Positions 42,539 through 52,312 of a stretch of 64,000 nt of DNA are shown here, one piece after another; the stretch's first letter is position 1, and every line of letters begins with the position of its first letter. The notes under the pieces were generated by a model that searched no databases, was not told the DNA's origin, and was given only the letters and a program-made list of their open reading frames with translations. Both the position numbers and the translations under genes were made by a program. The DNA comes from Flavobacteriales bacterium (GTDB lineage Bacteria; Bacteroidota; Bacteroidia; Flavobacteriales_F; PHOS-HE28), in the NCBI GenBank assembly GCA_020635725.1, contig JACJZF010000003.1, forward strand, positions 464-64,463, read 5' to 3'.

Positions 42539-43122
42539 GGGAACTGCTGGAGGTCCAGCTGCTGCGACCACATGCATTGGTGGGTGGCACTGCCCTGGCC
42601 TTGCGCTATGGCCATCGTCTTTCCGTCGACCTCGACCTGTTCACGACAGAGCCGATAGACACGGGCGCCATGATTGCCCAACTGGAGACGCAGTTCTCCA
42701 CGCGTTTCAGTTTTCGCCGTGACCAGCAGGCGAAATGGGCTGTCTTCGGCTTCATCGATGGGGTGAAGGTGGACATCGTTCACTTTCCCCATCGTCGCAT
42801 CGCGGGCCTCCACATCGAGAGCGGCATCCCGATGTATGCGGATGCCGATATCGCTGCGATGAAGATCGAGGCGATCCTTCACCGCGCCAAGAAGAAGGAC
42901 TTCCATGACCTGGAGCTCCTGTTGCGCATGCATGGTCTTGCGCAAGTGATGGAGTGGCACCGCGAGAAGTACCCGGACAATTCCCTCGCGATCAGCATCC
43001 CTTACGCCATCACGTATTTCAAGGATGCCGAGGACAGCGAGGACCCCATCAGCCTGCAGGGCCAGACGTGGGAAGGCGTGAAAGCCTCCATCCAGAGGTC
43101 GGTGCGCGATTTTCTGAGCTGA
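42493..43122 (+). CDS. AbiEii/AbiGii (DUF1814) family nucleotidyltransferase, toxin-like
   Basis: 209 aa with 'GGTALALRYGHRLSVDLDLF', the hallmark motif of this nucleotidyltransferase fold. Confidence 0.7.
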   Translation: MLHEQALPTGTIPVLRELLEVQLLRPHALVGGTALALRYGHRLSVDLDLFTTEPIDTGAMIAQLETQFSTRFSFRRDQQAKWAVFGFIDGVKVDIVHFPHRRIAGLHIESGIPMYADADIAAMKIEAILHRAKKKDFHDLELLLRMHGLAQVMEWHREKYPDNSLAISIPYAITYFKDAEDSEDPISLQGQTWEGVKASIQRSVRDFLS

Positions 43123-43123
43123 C

Positions 43124-44665
43124 TCAGAGCTGCTTCAGCAGACTCCGCAGGTCCACCTTATCGCTCACGATCCGGTCCAGATCGGCGATGGCCACGCGCT
43201 CCTGCTGCATGCTATCGCGCTCGCGGATGGTCACCGTATCGTCCTTCATCGTGTCGTAGTCCACCGTGATGCAATAGGGTGTGCCGATGGCGTCCTGGCG
43301 GCGGTAGCGTTTGCCGATGCTGTCCTTTTCGTCGTACTGGCAATTGTGCGAGAGCTTCAGTCCGTCGATGATCGCGCGTGCCTTCTCGGGCAGCCCGTCC
43401 TTCTTCACCAAGGGCATCACGGCCACCTTCACAGGGGCCAGCGGTGCAGGTATCCGCAGCACCACGCGCTCCTCGCCGCCCTCGAGTTTCTCCTCATCGT
43501 ACGCGGCGCTCAGGATCGCCAGGAACATGCGGTCGAGGCCGATCGAGGTCTCCACCACGTAAGGCACGTAGCTCTCATTGGCCTCCGGGTCGAAGTAGGT
43601 GAGCTTGCGCCCGCTGTGCTTCTCGTGGTTGGCCAGGTCGAAGTCGGTTCGGCTGTGGATGCCCTCGAGCTCCTTGAAGCCCATGGGGAAGCGGAACTCG
43701 ATGTCGCAGGCCGCGTTGGCGTAGTGCGCCAATTTGATGTGGTCGTGGAAGCGGTAGCTCTCCACCGGAAGGCCGAGTGCGCGGTGCCACTTCATGCGCT
43801 GGTCCTTCCACCGGTTGTACCAGTCCATCTCGGTGCCGGGCTTCACGAAGAACTGCATCTCCATCTGCTCGAACTCCCGCATGCGGAAGATGAACTGCCG
43901 GGCCACGATCTCGTTGCGGAAGGCCTTGCCGGTCTGCGCGATGCCGAAGGGGATCTTCATGCGCGCGCTCTTCTGCACGTTCAGGAAGTTCACGAAGATG
44001 CCCTGCGCGGTCTCGGGACGCAGGTAGATGGTGCTGCTCTCGCCGCTCACGCTGCCCAGCTCCGTGGCGAACATCAGGTTGAACTGCCGCACCTCGGTCC
44101 AGTTGGCGGTGCCGCTCACCGGGCACTTGATCTCCTCGTCGATGATGAGCTGGCGGACTGCTTCGAGGTCGTTCGCCTCCAAGGCGGCCTTCATTCGCCC
44201 TTCCACCGCATCGATGCGCTCCTGCGATCGCTTCACGTTCGGGTTGGTCGCGCGGAACTGCGCCTCGTCGAATGCCTCGCCGAACTTCTTGCGGCCCTTC
44301 TCCACCTCCTTCTCGATCTTGTCGGCGTACTTGGCCATGTGCTCCTCCAGGAGCACGTCGGCGCGGTAGCGCTTCTTGCTGTCCTTGTTGTCGATCAGCG
44401 GATCGTTGAAGGCGTCCACGTGGCCGCTGGCCTTCCAGGTGGTGGGGTGCATGAAGATGGCCGCGTCGATGCCCACGATGTTCTCGTTGAGCTTCGTCAT
44501 GGCGGCCCACCAGTACTGCCTGATGTTATTCTTCAGCTCGGCGCCGTACGGGCCATAATCGTAGGTGGCGCTCAGGCCATCGTAGATCTCGCTGCTGGGG
44601 AACACGAAGCCATACTCCTTGGCATGGCCGATGAGGGTTTTGAGGCGGTCTTCTTGGTTGCTCAT
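43124..44665 (-). CDS. glyQS: Glycine--tRNA ligase (dimeric class II)
   Basis: Start at ATG 44665 ('MSNQEDRLKTLIGHAKEYGFVFPSSEIYDGL'), with class II motifs and an anticodon-binding C-terminus. Confidence 0.9.
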   Translation of the reverse strand: MSNQEDRLKTLIGHAKEYGFVFPSSEIYDGLSATYDYGPYGAELKNNIRQYWWAAMTKLNENIVGIDAAIFMHPTTWKASGHVDAFNDPLIDNKDSKKRYRADVLLEEHMAKYADKIEKEVEKGRKKFGEAFDEAQFRATNPNVKRSQERIDAVEGRMKAALEANDLEAVRQLIIDEEIKCPVSGTANWTEVRQFNLMFATELGSVSGESSTIYLRPETAQGIFVNFLNVQKSARMKIPFGIAQTGKAFRNEIVARQFIFRMREFEQMEMQFFVKPGTEMDWYNRWKDQRMKWHRALGLPVESYRFHDHIKLAHYANAACDIEFRFPMGFKELEGIHSRTDFDLANHEKHSGRKLTYFDPEANESYVPYVVETSIGLDRMFLAILSAAYDEEKLEGGEERVVLRIPAPLAPVKVAVMPLVKKDGLPEKARAIIDGLKLSHNCQYDEKDSIGKRYRRQDAIGTPYCITVDYDTMKDDTVTIRERDSMQQERVAIADLDRIVSDKVDLRSLLKQL

Positions 44666-44730
44666 GATGGGCTCGCGGTCGCCTTGGAAGACTTTGGCGG
44701 CGCGGGGCGCAAAGATGGAGGAATACGTTT

Positions 44731-44804
44731 TCACGCAGTGGCGCAGAGAACGCAGAGCCGCGGCGTCCTTATCCTTCTCCGCGTTCTCTGCGCCTCTGCG
44801 TGAA
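44731..44804. repeat. REP-like palindrome built on GCGCAGAGAACGC units
   Basis: Left arm tcacgcagtggcgcagagaacgcagag (44731-44757). Right arm ctccgcgttctctgcgcctctgcgtga (44778-44804). The two are near-perfect reverse complements. Confidence 0.7.
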
Positions 44805-44862
44805 GTCGTATTTTCAGCTGCTAGCTTCGCCGCGCCGCCTGCGCCACAGGCTTCGGCGGCCG

Positions 44863-45453
44863 ATGATGATCGAGCACCGCGGTACCCTCATCTCCGAAGA
44901 CCTCTTCGAGAAGCGCTTCGTGTGCGACCTGAACGCGTGCAAAGGCGCGTGCTGCGTGGAGGGCGAGAGCGGCGCGCCGTTGGAGCCCGAGGAAGCCGAG
45001 CAGATGAAGAAGCTGTGGCCGAAGTACCGCAGCTACATCCCGGAGAAGGGAAGGCAGGCAGTGGCCGAGCAGGGCTTCAGCATGATCGACGAGGATGGCG
45101 ACCTGGTGACACCTCTGGTGGATGGGAAGAAGGAGTGCGCCTTCACCATCTTCGAGAACGGCATCGCGCTGTGCGGCATCGAAAAGGCCTGGAAGGATGG
45201 CAAGATTCCCTTCCGCAAGCCGATTAGCTGCCACCTGTATCCGATCCGCATCGAGAAGCTCAAGTTCCACGAAGGGCTCAACTACCACAAGTGGAAGCTG
45301 TGCAAGCCGGCCTGCACCTGCGGCGCCAAGCTCGATGTGCCCGTGTACCGCTTCCTGAAGGATGCGCTGATCCGCAAGTACGGCAAGCAGTGGTACGCTG
45401 AGCTGGAGGACATCCACACGGAGTGGGAGAAGGAGCGGGGGAGCGGGAAGTAG
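44863..45453 (+). CDS. DUF3109/YkgJ-like cysteine-cluster protein
   Basis: Start at ATG 44863 ('MMIEHRGTLISEDLFEKRFVCDLNACKGACCVEG...'), with CxxCxxCC and further Cys clusters. The track start at 44800 lies inside the REP palindrome. Confidence 0.6.
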   Translation: MMIEHRGTLISEDLFEKRFVCDLNACKGACCVEGESGAPLEPEEAEQMKKLWPKYRSYIPEKGRQAVAEQGFSMIDEDGDLVTPLVDGKKECAFTIFENGIALCGIEKAWKDGKIPFRKPISCHLYPIRIEKLKFHEGLNYHKWKLCKPACTCGAKLDVPVYRFLKDALIRKYGKQWYAELEDIHTEWEKERGSGK

Positions 45454-45458
45454 CCCAT

Positions 45459-45700
45459 TTCACCGCAGAGGCGCAGAGAACGCGGAGACCGCAAAGCCGG
45501 AACAAGCTAGGTCACTCCGTGCTCTCCGTACCTCCGTGTGCGACCGCAATGGCATTCACCGCTCTGCGTTCCCTGCGCCTCTGCGTGAGTCCGCCTTGTC
45601 ATTCCACCCTCCGTGTTCTCCGTGACTCCGTGTGATCGCATTGGCATTCCACCCCCGCGTTCCCTGCGCCTCTGTGTGCGCCCGCATTCGCATTCCCCCT
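45459..45700. repeat. Tandem REP-like array (two ~80-bp imperfect units plus an inverted GCGCAGAGAACGCGGAG unit)
   Basis: Units gtcactccgtgctctccgta...gcgttccctgcgcctctgcgtgag and ccaccctccgtgttctccgtg...gcgttccctgcgcctctgtgtgcgc. No conserved spacer architecture, so not CRISPR. Confidence 0.65.
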
Positions 45701-45803
45701 CCACGCTTGCCCATGGATCGAGCCCGCCGCGTGGAACGCCCGCCGCGCTTGCGATCCTCGCTCCGCCCGACGCGCCATCGCCCTAGGGCCGCGCGCTCCG
45801 GAG

Positions 45804-45909
45804 CTTGTTAACCGATCGTCAAAAAATTTGTCTTGCAGGTGTCGTCCGCGCGTCCCTCCCGCGTCAGTCGCGGGGAACCGGGCCGTGTTGAAAAGTCCGA
45901 GAAAGTGAC
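45804..45909. repeat. ~106-bp intergenic element, copy A (inverted partner at 54943..55048)
   Basis: cttgttaaccgatcgtcaaaaaatttgtcttgcaggtgtcgtccgcgcgtccctcccgcgtcagtcgcggggaaccgggccgtgttgaaaagtccgagaaagtgac. It contains the internal palindrome cccgcgtcagtcgcggg. Confidence 0.8.
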
Positions 45910-45921
45910 CCCTCCAAGTCA

Positions 45922-45952
45922 TTGCCACGCCCGGCCATGGGTTCCATTTTTG
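45922..45952 (+). promoter_or_regulatory. Probable promoter for nrdB (-33 TTG 45922-45924; -7-like CATTTTTG 45945-45952)
   Basis: Near-consensus -7 element (first base C instead of T) with 20-nt spacing. The leader to ATG 46074 would be ~114 nt. Confidence 0.4.
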
Positions 45953-46073
45953 TGACCCGCCGACACCGTCATCCCGACGCCGACGGACCAACCGAAAAGA
46001 CCGCTGCAGAACGTAACGGGAGCCTCCTCCCGATCAGATAACCGCCCCCCGAACTCTTCCACTACCAACACCG

Positions 46074-47090
46074 ATGAGCAACGAGACCCAGATCAGCATG
46101 GCGCTCCCCGATGACGCGGCGAACGAACCCCTCCTCAAGGACAACAAGGACCGCTTCGTCATCTTCCCGATCCAGCACCACGACATCTGGAACTTCTACA
46201 AGAAGCACGAGGCCAGCTTCTGGACCGCCGAGGAGATCGACCTGCACGCCGACCTCGTGGACTGGGCCGAGAAGCTCAACGACGACGAGCGCTACTTCAT
46301 CAAGCACGTGCTCGCCTTCTTCGCCGCCAGCGACGGCATCGTGAACGAGAACCTCGCCGAGAACTTCCTCCACGAGGTGCAGTACCCCGAGGCGCGCTTC
46401 TTCTACGGCTTCCAGATCGCGATGGAGAACATCCACAGCGAGACCTACAGCCTGCTCATCGACACGCTGATCAAGGATCCCCTGGAGAAGGACAAGCTCC
46501 TGCACGCCATCGAGACCGTCGATTGCGTGAAGAAGAAGGCCGAGTGGGCCCTGCGCTGGATCAGCAAGGGCAGCTTCGCCGAGCGCCTCATCGCCTTCGC
46601 CGCCGTGGAGGGCATCTTCTTCAGCGGCAGCTTCTGCAGCATCTTCTGGCTGAAGAAGCGCGGCCTCATGCCCGGCCTCAGCTTCAGCAACGAGCTCATC
46701 AGCCGCGACGAGGGCCTGCACTGCGACTTCGCCTGCATGCTCTACACCAAGCACCTGCTCAACAAGCTCCCGAAGAAGACCATCGAGACCATCATCAAGG
46801 ATGCGGTGGAGATCGAGAAGGAGTTCGTGACCGACGCCCTGCCCGTGAACCTGATCGGCATGAACGCCAAGCTCATGCAGCAGTACATCGAGTTCGTGGC
46901 CGACCGCCTGCTCATGGAGCTCGGCAACGAGAAGGTGTACAACGCCATGAACCCCTTCGACTTCATGGAGATGATCTCCCTCCAGGGCAAGACCAACTTC
47001 TTCGAGAAGCGCGTGGGCGAGTACCAGAAGGCCGGCGTGCTCAACAAGGAGAAGGACCAGAGCAAGTTCACGCTGGACGCTGACTTCTAG
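46074..47090 (+). CDS. nrdB: Ribonucleotide reductase class Ia small (beta) subunit
   Basis: 338 aa, eukaryote-like R2 ('[17 protein letters not shown]...[11 protein letters not shown]', di-iron ligands, C-terminal 'FTLDADF'). Confidence 0.95.
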   Translation: MSNETQISMALPDDAANEPLLKDNKDRFVIFPIQHHDIWNFYKKHEASFWTAEEIDLHADLVDWAEKLNDDERYFIKHVLAFFAASDGIVNENLAENFLHEVQYPEARFFYGFQIAMENIHSETYSLLIDTLIKDPLEKDKLLHAIETVDCVKKKAEWALRWISKGSFAERLIAFAAVEGIFFSGSFCSIFWLKKRGLMPGLSFSNELISRDEGLHCDFACMLYTKHLLNKLPKKTIETIIKDAVEIEKEFVTDALPVNLIGMNAKLMQQYIEFVADRLLMELGNEKVYNAMNPFDFMEMISLQGKTNFFEKRVGEYQKAGVLNKEKDQSKFTLDADF

Positions 47091-47408
47091 GGCAGGTTGA
47101 GGGTTGTCCCTTCGCTTCGCTCGGAATGACAGGTTGAGGGTTGAATACGCCCAACCCAACTCCCAACCGTCCCGTAGGTCAACCTCCAACTCCCAACCGT
47201 ACCAACTCACATTGAACAGTTGAAGAGAACACCAGTGCCCGCTTCGGGACCGTTCAGAAGAAAGAGACTTTAGAACCGCGAGACCGAGCAACGCCGAGCA
47301 CCACCCGCAAAGCGGAAAACGACCCCTCGCAAACGAGCCATCCCAATCAACCCCCTTGCACCGGACGCGGGAGCCGAAGGTGCCGGGACAAGACCCACCA
47401 ACCACACC

Positions 47409-49898
47409 ATGTATGTAGTAAAGCGCGACGGCCGCCGGGAGGCAGTGAAATTCGACAAGATCACCGCCCGGGTGAAGAAGCTGTGCTATGAGCTCGATCC
47501 CATGGTCGATGCCACACAGGTGACCCTCAAGGTCATCGACGGCATCTACGATGGCGTGACCACCACCGAGCTCGACAACCTCACCGCCGAGGTGGCCGCC
47601 ACCATGACGGTGAAGCACCCGGACTATGCCCAGCTCGCCAGCCGCATCGCCGTCAGCAACCTGCACAAGAGCACCAAGAAGTCCTTCAGCGAGACCATGA
47701 AGGACCTCTACGACTACGTCGACCCGAAGACCGGCGCCCGTGCCGCCCTCATCGCGGACGATGTGTGGGAGATCATCCGCAAGAACGCCGAGGTGCTCGA
47801 CAGCGCCATCATCTACGACCGCGACTTCAGCTACGACTTCTTCGGCTTCAAGACCCTCGAGCGCAGCTACCTCCTGCGCATGCACGGCAAGGTGGTGGAG
47901 CGCCCGCAGCAGATGCTCATGCGCGTGGCCGTCGGCATCCACAAAGAGGATATCGAGAGCGCCATCCGCACCTACAACGACCTCAGCGAGGGCTGGTACA
48001 CCCACGCCACGCCCACGCTCTTCAACGCCGGCACCCCGAAGCCGCAGATGAGCAGCTGCTTCCTCCTTCAGCTGAAGGACGATAGCATCAGCGGCATCTA
48101 CGACACCCTGAAGCAGTGCGCGCAGATCAGCCAGAGCGCCGGCGGCATCGGCCTCAGCGTGCACAACCTGCGCGCCAAGGGCAGCTACATCAAGGGCACC
48201 AACGGCACCAGCAACGGCATCGTGCCCATGCTGCGCGTGTTCAACGACACCGCGCGTTATGTGGACCAGGGCGGCGGCAAGCGCAAGGGCAGCTTCGCCA
48301 TCTATCTGGAGCCCTGGCACGCCGATGTGTTCGACTTCCTGGAGCTGAAGAAGAACCACGGCAAGGAGGAGATGCGCGCCCGCGACCTCTTCTACGCCAT
48401 GTGGATCCCCGACCTCTTCATGAAGCGCGTGGAGCAGGGCGGCGAGTGGACCCTCATGTGCCCCAACGAGTGCCCCGGCCTGGCCGACACCTTCGGCGAC
48501 AAGTTCGAGGAGCTCTACGAGAAGTACGAGAGCGAGGGCAAGGGCCGCACCACCATCAAGGCGCAGGACCTCTGGTTCAAGATCCTCGAGAGCCAGATCG
48601 AGACCGGCACGCCCTACATGCTCTTCAAGGATGCCGCCAACAAGAAGAGCAACCAGCAGAACCTGGGCACCATCAAGAGCTCCAACCTCTGCACCGAGAT
48701 CATGGAGTACACCAGCCCCGATGAGGTGGCCGTGTGCAACCTGGGCTCCATCGCCCTGCCCAAGTTCGTGGAGAAGGGCAAGTTCGACCACGACCGCCTC
48801 TTCGAGGTCACCTACCAGCTGACCAAGAACCTGAACCGGGTCATCGACCAGAACTACTACCCCGTGCCCGAGGCGCGCCGCAGCAACATGCGCCACCGCC
48901 CCATCGGCATCGGCGTGCAGGGCCTGGCCGACGCCTTCATCCTCATGCGCCATCCGTTCGATAGCGTAGAGGCCAAGGTGCTGAACCGCGAGATCTTCGA
49001 GACCATCCACTACGCCGCCCTCACCGCCAGCAAGGACCTGGCGAAGGAGGAAGGCCCCTACGAGAGCTACGCCGGCAGCCCCGTGAGCCAGGGCATCCTG
49101 CAGCCCGACATGTGGGGCGTGAAGCCCAGCGACCGCTGGGAGTGGGATGTGCTGCGCACCGAGATCAAGGAGCATGGCGTGCGCAACAGCCTGCTGCTGG
49201 CACCGATGCCCACCGCCAGCACCGCGCAGATCCTCGGCAACAACGAGTGCTTCGAGCCTTACACCAGCAACATCTACACGCGCCGCGTGCTCAGCGGCGA
49301 GTTCGTGGTGGTGAACAAGTACCTGCTGCGCGACCTCGTGAAGCTCGGCCTCTGGGGCGAGGAGCTCAAGAACAAGATCATCGCCGCCAACGGCAGCATC
49401 GCGCACATCCCGGAGATCCCGCAGAACCTCAAGGAGCTCTACAAGACCGCCTGGGAGATCAGCCAGAAGGTGATCATCGACATGGCGGCCGACCGTGGCG
49501 CCTACATCTGCCAGAGCCAGAGCCTCAACATCTTCATGGAGAACGCCAACTTCGGCAAGCTCACCAGCATGCACTTCTATGCGTGGAAGGCGGGCCTGAA
49601 GACCGGCATGTACTACCTGCGCACCAAGGCCGCCACCGATGCCATCAAGTTCACGGTGGATAAGACCAAGCTCGCTGAACCTAAACCGGAGCCGGTCATG
49701 CCGAGCAAATCGAAGGCAGCTCCCAGCCCCGTGAACGAGGACGACGGCCTACCCGTAGGCAGCACCGTGGTGATGGACCCCGTGGTCTCAGCACCCACCA
49801 CCACCAGCCCCAAGGCCATGACCGCCGAGGAGCGCGCCGCCGCCGAGATCGCCTGCAGCCTCGATAACCCGGAAGGGTGCGAGATGTGCAGTGGGTAG
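47409..49898 (+). CDS. nrdA: Ribonucleotide reductase class Ia large (alpha) subunit
   Basis: 829 aa with an ATP-cone ('[18 protein letters not shown]'), catalytic 'NLCTEI' and a C-terminal CxxC tail. Very GC3-rich codon usage. Confidence 0.95.
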   Translation: MYVVKRDGRREAVKFDKITARVKKLCYELDPMVDATQVTLKVIDGIYDGVTTTELDNLTAEVAATMTVKHPDYAQLASRIAVSNLHKSTKKSFSETMKDLYDYVDPKTGARAALIADDVWEIIRKNAEVLDSAIIYDRDFSYDFFGFKTLERSYLLRMHGKVVERPQQMLMRVAVGIHKEDIESAIRTYNDLSEGWYTHATPTLFNAGTPKPQMSSCFLLQLKDDSISGIYDTLKQCAQISQSAGGIGLSVHNLRAKGSYIKGTNGTSNGIVPMLRVFNDTARYVDQGGGKRKGSFAIYLEPWHADVFDFLELKKNHGKEEMRARDLFYAMWIPDLFMKRVEQGGEWTLMCPNECPGLADTFGDKFEELYEKYESEGKGRTTIKAQDLWFKILESQIETGTPYMLFKDAANKKSNQQNLGTIKSSNLCTEIMEYTSPDEVAVCNLGSIALPKFVEKGKFDHDRLFEVTYQLTKNLNRVIDQNYYPVPEARRSNMRHRPIGIGVQGLADAFILMRHPFDSVEAKVLNREIFETIHYAALTASKDLAKEEGPYESYAGSPVSQGILQPDMWGVKPSDRWEWDVLRTEIKEHGVRNSLLLAPMPTASTAQILGNNECFEPYTSNIYTRRVLSGEFVVVNKYLLRDLVKLGLWGEELKNKIIAANGSIAHIPEIPQNLKELYKTAWEISQKVIIDMAADRGAYICQSQSLNIFMENANFGKLTSMHFYAWKAGLKTGMYYLRTKAATDAIKFTVDKTKLAEPKPEPVMPSKSKAAPSPVNEDDGLPVGSTVVMDPVVSAPTTTSPKAMTAEERAAAEIACSLDNPEGCEMCSG

Positions 49899-49921
49899 GA
49901 GTGAGCACTGAATAACAACGC

Positions 49922-49947
49922 GCAGGGCTCACGAAAGTGGGCCCTGC
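49922..49947 (+). terminator. Candidate terminator hairpin after nrdA
   Basis: gcagggc-tcacgaaagtgg-gccctgc, followed by tcgtcttcatc (weak U-tract). Confidence 0.4.
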
Positions 49948-49966
49948 TCGTCTTCATCAACCATTA

Positions 49967-50404
49967 ATGATTAAAGTCATGTGTCATTCTTGCCCGGTTT
50001 CGTTGGACGAGATTCTCAGATCCTGGGGACCTTTGATTGCTGCACTTATTACCGGCTTCATTGCTCTCAGCATCGCGCACGGACAACAACGCACAACGCT
50101 GGAGGTCATGCGAACCACTATTGAGAATGAGAGGCGGGCTCGCAGACAGGAAGCGCTACGCGGTCCCATTCATGATCTGCTTGCACAACTATACTTCGCA
50201 AAGGAAGCCGCAGCATATGATCATAAAGCCACGCTGCACGCGATCGCAAAGGTGGACCTTTCACTCGTGGATGAGACTTCCGCCCCGCAGTACAACCAAC
50301 TCCTAGATGCAATTGTCGATGCCGTGTTGAGCAGCTACGACTCAAACGCGAACAATTCCTTCATCGAACGGGTGCGTGCCCTTGGCAGGGCAAATCTTGG
50401 CTAG
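49967..50404 (+). CDS. Hypothetical membrane-anchored protein (low-GC islet)
   Basis: Start at ATG 49967 'MIKVMCHSCPVSLDEILRSWGPLIAALITGFIALSIAH', one N-terminal TM helix then a helical region. ~50% GC. The track GTG start at 49937 lies inside the terminator hairpin. Confidence 0.45.
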   Translation: MIKVMCHSCPVSLDEILRSWGPLIAALITGFIALSIAHGQQRTTLEVMRTTIENERRARRQEALRGPIHDLLAQLYFAKEAAAYDHKATLHAIAKVDLSLVDETSAPQYNQLLDAIVDAVLSSYDSNANNSFIERVRALGRANLG

Positions 50405-50506
50405 GTAGATCAACGGATTCGAGGAAATGCAAAGGCCGATGTTGATTCCAATGAGCTACACCGTACAGCTTTTCGCAGTGGGAATCATGGGATGTCTAAT
50501 GCTGCC

Positions 50507-51004
50507 CTATCGGCTTTGCACAATCGCGCAGAATCTCCCTCTTCCTAGAACTGTCTCGCCACTCGATTTGGGTCCGATTCGCTTGAACAAACCTTCAAAT
50601 GTGCCGGATACTGAGTCGCACATTCGGCCGTAGTAATCGACTTGGACCAATTGCATAGTGCTCGCCCATCTATCGTCCCCTTTGCCAAAGATGATAAACG
50701 AGTAGTCGTCATTGTAATCGTTCCGTATACCCGTGTAGTTGCCCTCAAACCAGATGACTGCGTTCAGGTTATCATTTGAACTGAATCGACACTCGGTCGT
50801 ATCATCCAAGAGGTTGGCGGTTGCATTCAATCCATTGGATAGGATCTCGAACCTCCCAATATCGCTCCGCTCTTCAAGAGGATAGAACATAAAGGTGATG
50901 AACTTTTGCTGTGTTAGTTGTGATTTTTCGCAAGGGGTCTGGCACGAGGGAGCTAGCACTAGTACCAGTGGAATCAGTCGAACAAGGCTTCTGCTAGGCC
51001 TCAT
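50507..51004 (-). CDS. Hypothetical lipoprotein (low-GC islet)
   Basis: 165 aa with signal peptide plus lipobox 'LVLAPSC'. Asn/Asp-rich, no known domain. Confidence 0.45.
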   Translation of the reverse strand: MRPSRSLVRLIPLVLVLAPSCQTPCEKSQLTQQKFITFMFYPLEERSDIGRFEILSNGLNATANLLDDTTECRFSSNDNLNAVIWFEGNYTGIRNDYNDDYSFIIFGKGDDRWASTMQLVQVDYYGRMCDSVSGTFEGLFKRIGPKSSGETVLGRGRFCAIVQSR

Positions 51005-51276
51005 TTCCTGCTAATTTGCAATAGCCCTCCTGCGAGGAGGATAACAACCGAGCATTGAAGCAGGAGCCGTTTCAGATCGATTGGGAAGTCGAATAGCTCC
51101 GGCCTCTTTTCGCCTTGTACCTCGTCAGTCAGGAGGTAGTAGCCATAAGCATGGGAAAGCGTAGCACTATGCTTAGAACTAATGCGCGACTTATGGATCC
51201 ACGGCGGGTAAATGAGCATCCCCAGAATTGCCATGAAGCCAATGACGTAGATGCGCTTTCGAATTGTTGCCATCAT
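51001..51276 (-). CDS. Hypothetical small two-TM membrane protein (low-GC islet)
   Basis: Start at ATG 51276 'MMATIRKRIYVIGFMAILGMLIYPPWIHK...VVILLAGGLLQISRK'. The longer track ORF (to 51489) is partly a translation of direct repeat DR1. Confidence 0.4.
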   Translation of the reverse strand: MMATIRKRIYVIGFMAILGMLIYPPWIHKSRISSKHSATLSHAYGYYLLTDEVQGEKRPELFDFPIDLKRLLLQCSVVILLAGGLLQISRK

Positions 51277-51347
51277 TTCTTCGCCATTCGCCCGACCAAT
51301 ATAAGCCTTGAATCTAGACCTTTGCAGGGTGCTCCTCGCCTTAGTCC

Positions 51348-51421
51348 CCGCAGGGTGCACCCCGCCTCCGCAGTGGTCTTCCGAGCGCGTGGGCAAGTGG
51401 GCTGTGGAGGAGACCCTGCGG
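51348..51421. repeat. 74-bp imperfect-palindromic direct repeat DR1 (partner DR2 at 52313..52386; 1 mismatch)
   Basis: ccgcagggtgcaccccgcctccgcagtggtcttccgagcgcgtgggcaagtgggctgtggaggagaccctgcgg. The termini ccgcagggt / accctgcgg are inverted. ~70% GC, embedded in ~48% GC DNA. Confidence 0.8.
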
Positions 51422-51804
51422 CCCGTAGCCGTGATCACATCTCGTGAGTATCTTGCTAGGGCTGTGCTTGATGCTGGTGTTTGTGACAATTATCTACGCT
51501 TGGAACCGAGGATTGGTGCAAGTGTAGGCTTGCGCACATCCGGTCTGTTGTGATTCGAGAAGATCGTCGACTCATGCCGACGACAGCCCGCCAGCAACGC
51601 CCAGCTAAAGCGGATTGAATACCGTGAATATGACAGGAGGTGCGAGGTTCACAACTAGTCTTATGCCTGCGAAGGCGTCGCCCACACCCTCACTGTCGTC
51701 TTAGATGCGCCACCACACAAGGACCGATTAAATATCACGTTTCAGATGCCAGTCCCACATGGTGCGGCTCTCAACAAATAGGACGGGGAAGGTCTTGGAC
51801 AGAC

Positions 51805-52167
51805 CTACCAAATCATGTAGATGACTTTGGCCAGCGAATAGATGATGAATGAGTCCAAAGCGAATGTCATCACACGATAGGTGTAAAGATGCAGATGGAT
51901 ATGGTGATCAAACAGTCGGAATAGGAGGCCATTGAGAATGGATCCACCGAGCATGTATACCCCGGCGAATACGAGGCCGTACCACCACTTAACGACTATG
52001 CATAAACTCAGGTTAAGCAAGACAACAACCACCAAGACGGCGTTGTCCATTGCTTTGATTACGTTGAATACACCACGTGTCTGGCGACCGAACTCGACAT
52101 TGATGGCGAACGCCACACTTGCTGCGATGTGCAAGTAGACAGGAAGGACTTCCAAGTAAGCAGGCAT
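51805..52167 (-). CDS. Hypothetical 4-TM membrane protein (single-gene cassette between DR1 and DR2)
   Basis: Start at ATG 52167 'MPAYLEVLPVYLHIAASVAFAINV...'. Low GC. The track's N-terminal extension is high-GC repeat DNA. Confidence 0.45.
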   Translation of the reverse strand: MPAYLEVLPVYLHIAASVAFAINVEFGRQTRGVFNVIKAMDNAVLVVVVLLNLSLCIVVKWWYGLVFAGVYMLGGSILNGLLFRLFDHHIHLHLYTYRVMTFALDSFIIYSLAKVIYMIW

Positions 52168-52312
52168 CTCGACGAGTGGGAAGTGAGGGGTTCCTGGTAG
52201 TGGACATCCGCGACCCCAAGGCGCGTTCCAAAAATAGGTGATGTGTTCCACCCCCGCTGCCGCAAGTCCGCGACTTTAGACCCGAGCAGGCTCTAGTGTC
52301 ACGCATAGACCC

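Noticed and set aside
45459-45700. Possible CRISPR array (short GC-rich repeats)
   Set aside because: The repeat units are imperfect and of unequal length. There are no unique spacers of constant size and no cas genes nearby. The structure is REP-like tandem palindromes.
45599-45991. 130-aa minus ORF, and the 119-aa plus ORF at 54870..55229, sharing an identical 30-aa segment
   Set aside because: The shared peptide is the translation of the ~106-bp inverted repeat element. The flanking translation is Arg/Gly-rich nonsense, and the two ORFs have no common start/stop context.
46062-49574. 1170-aa minus-strand ORF spanning nrdB, the spacer and nrdA
   Set aside because: Antisense artefact of extreme GC3 bias. 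It even crosses the intergenic spacer. nrdB and nrdA on the plus strand are unmistakable.
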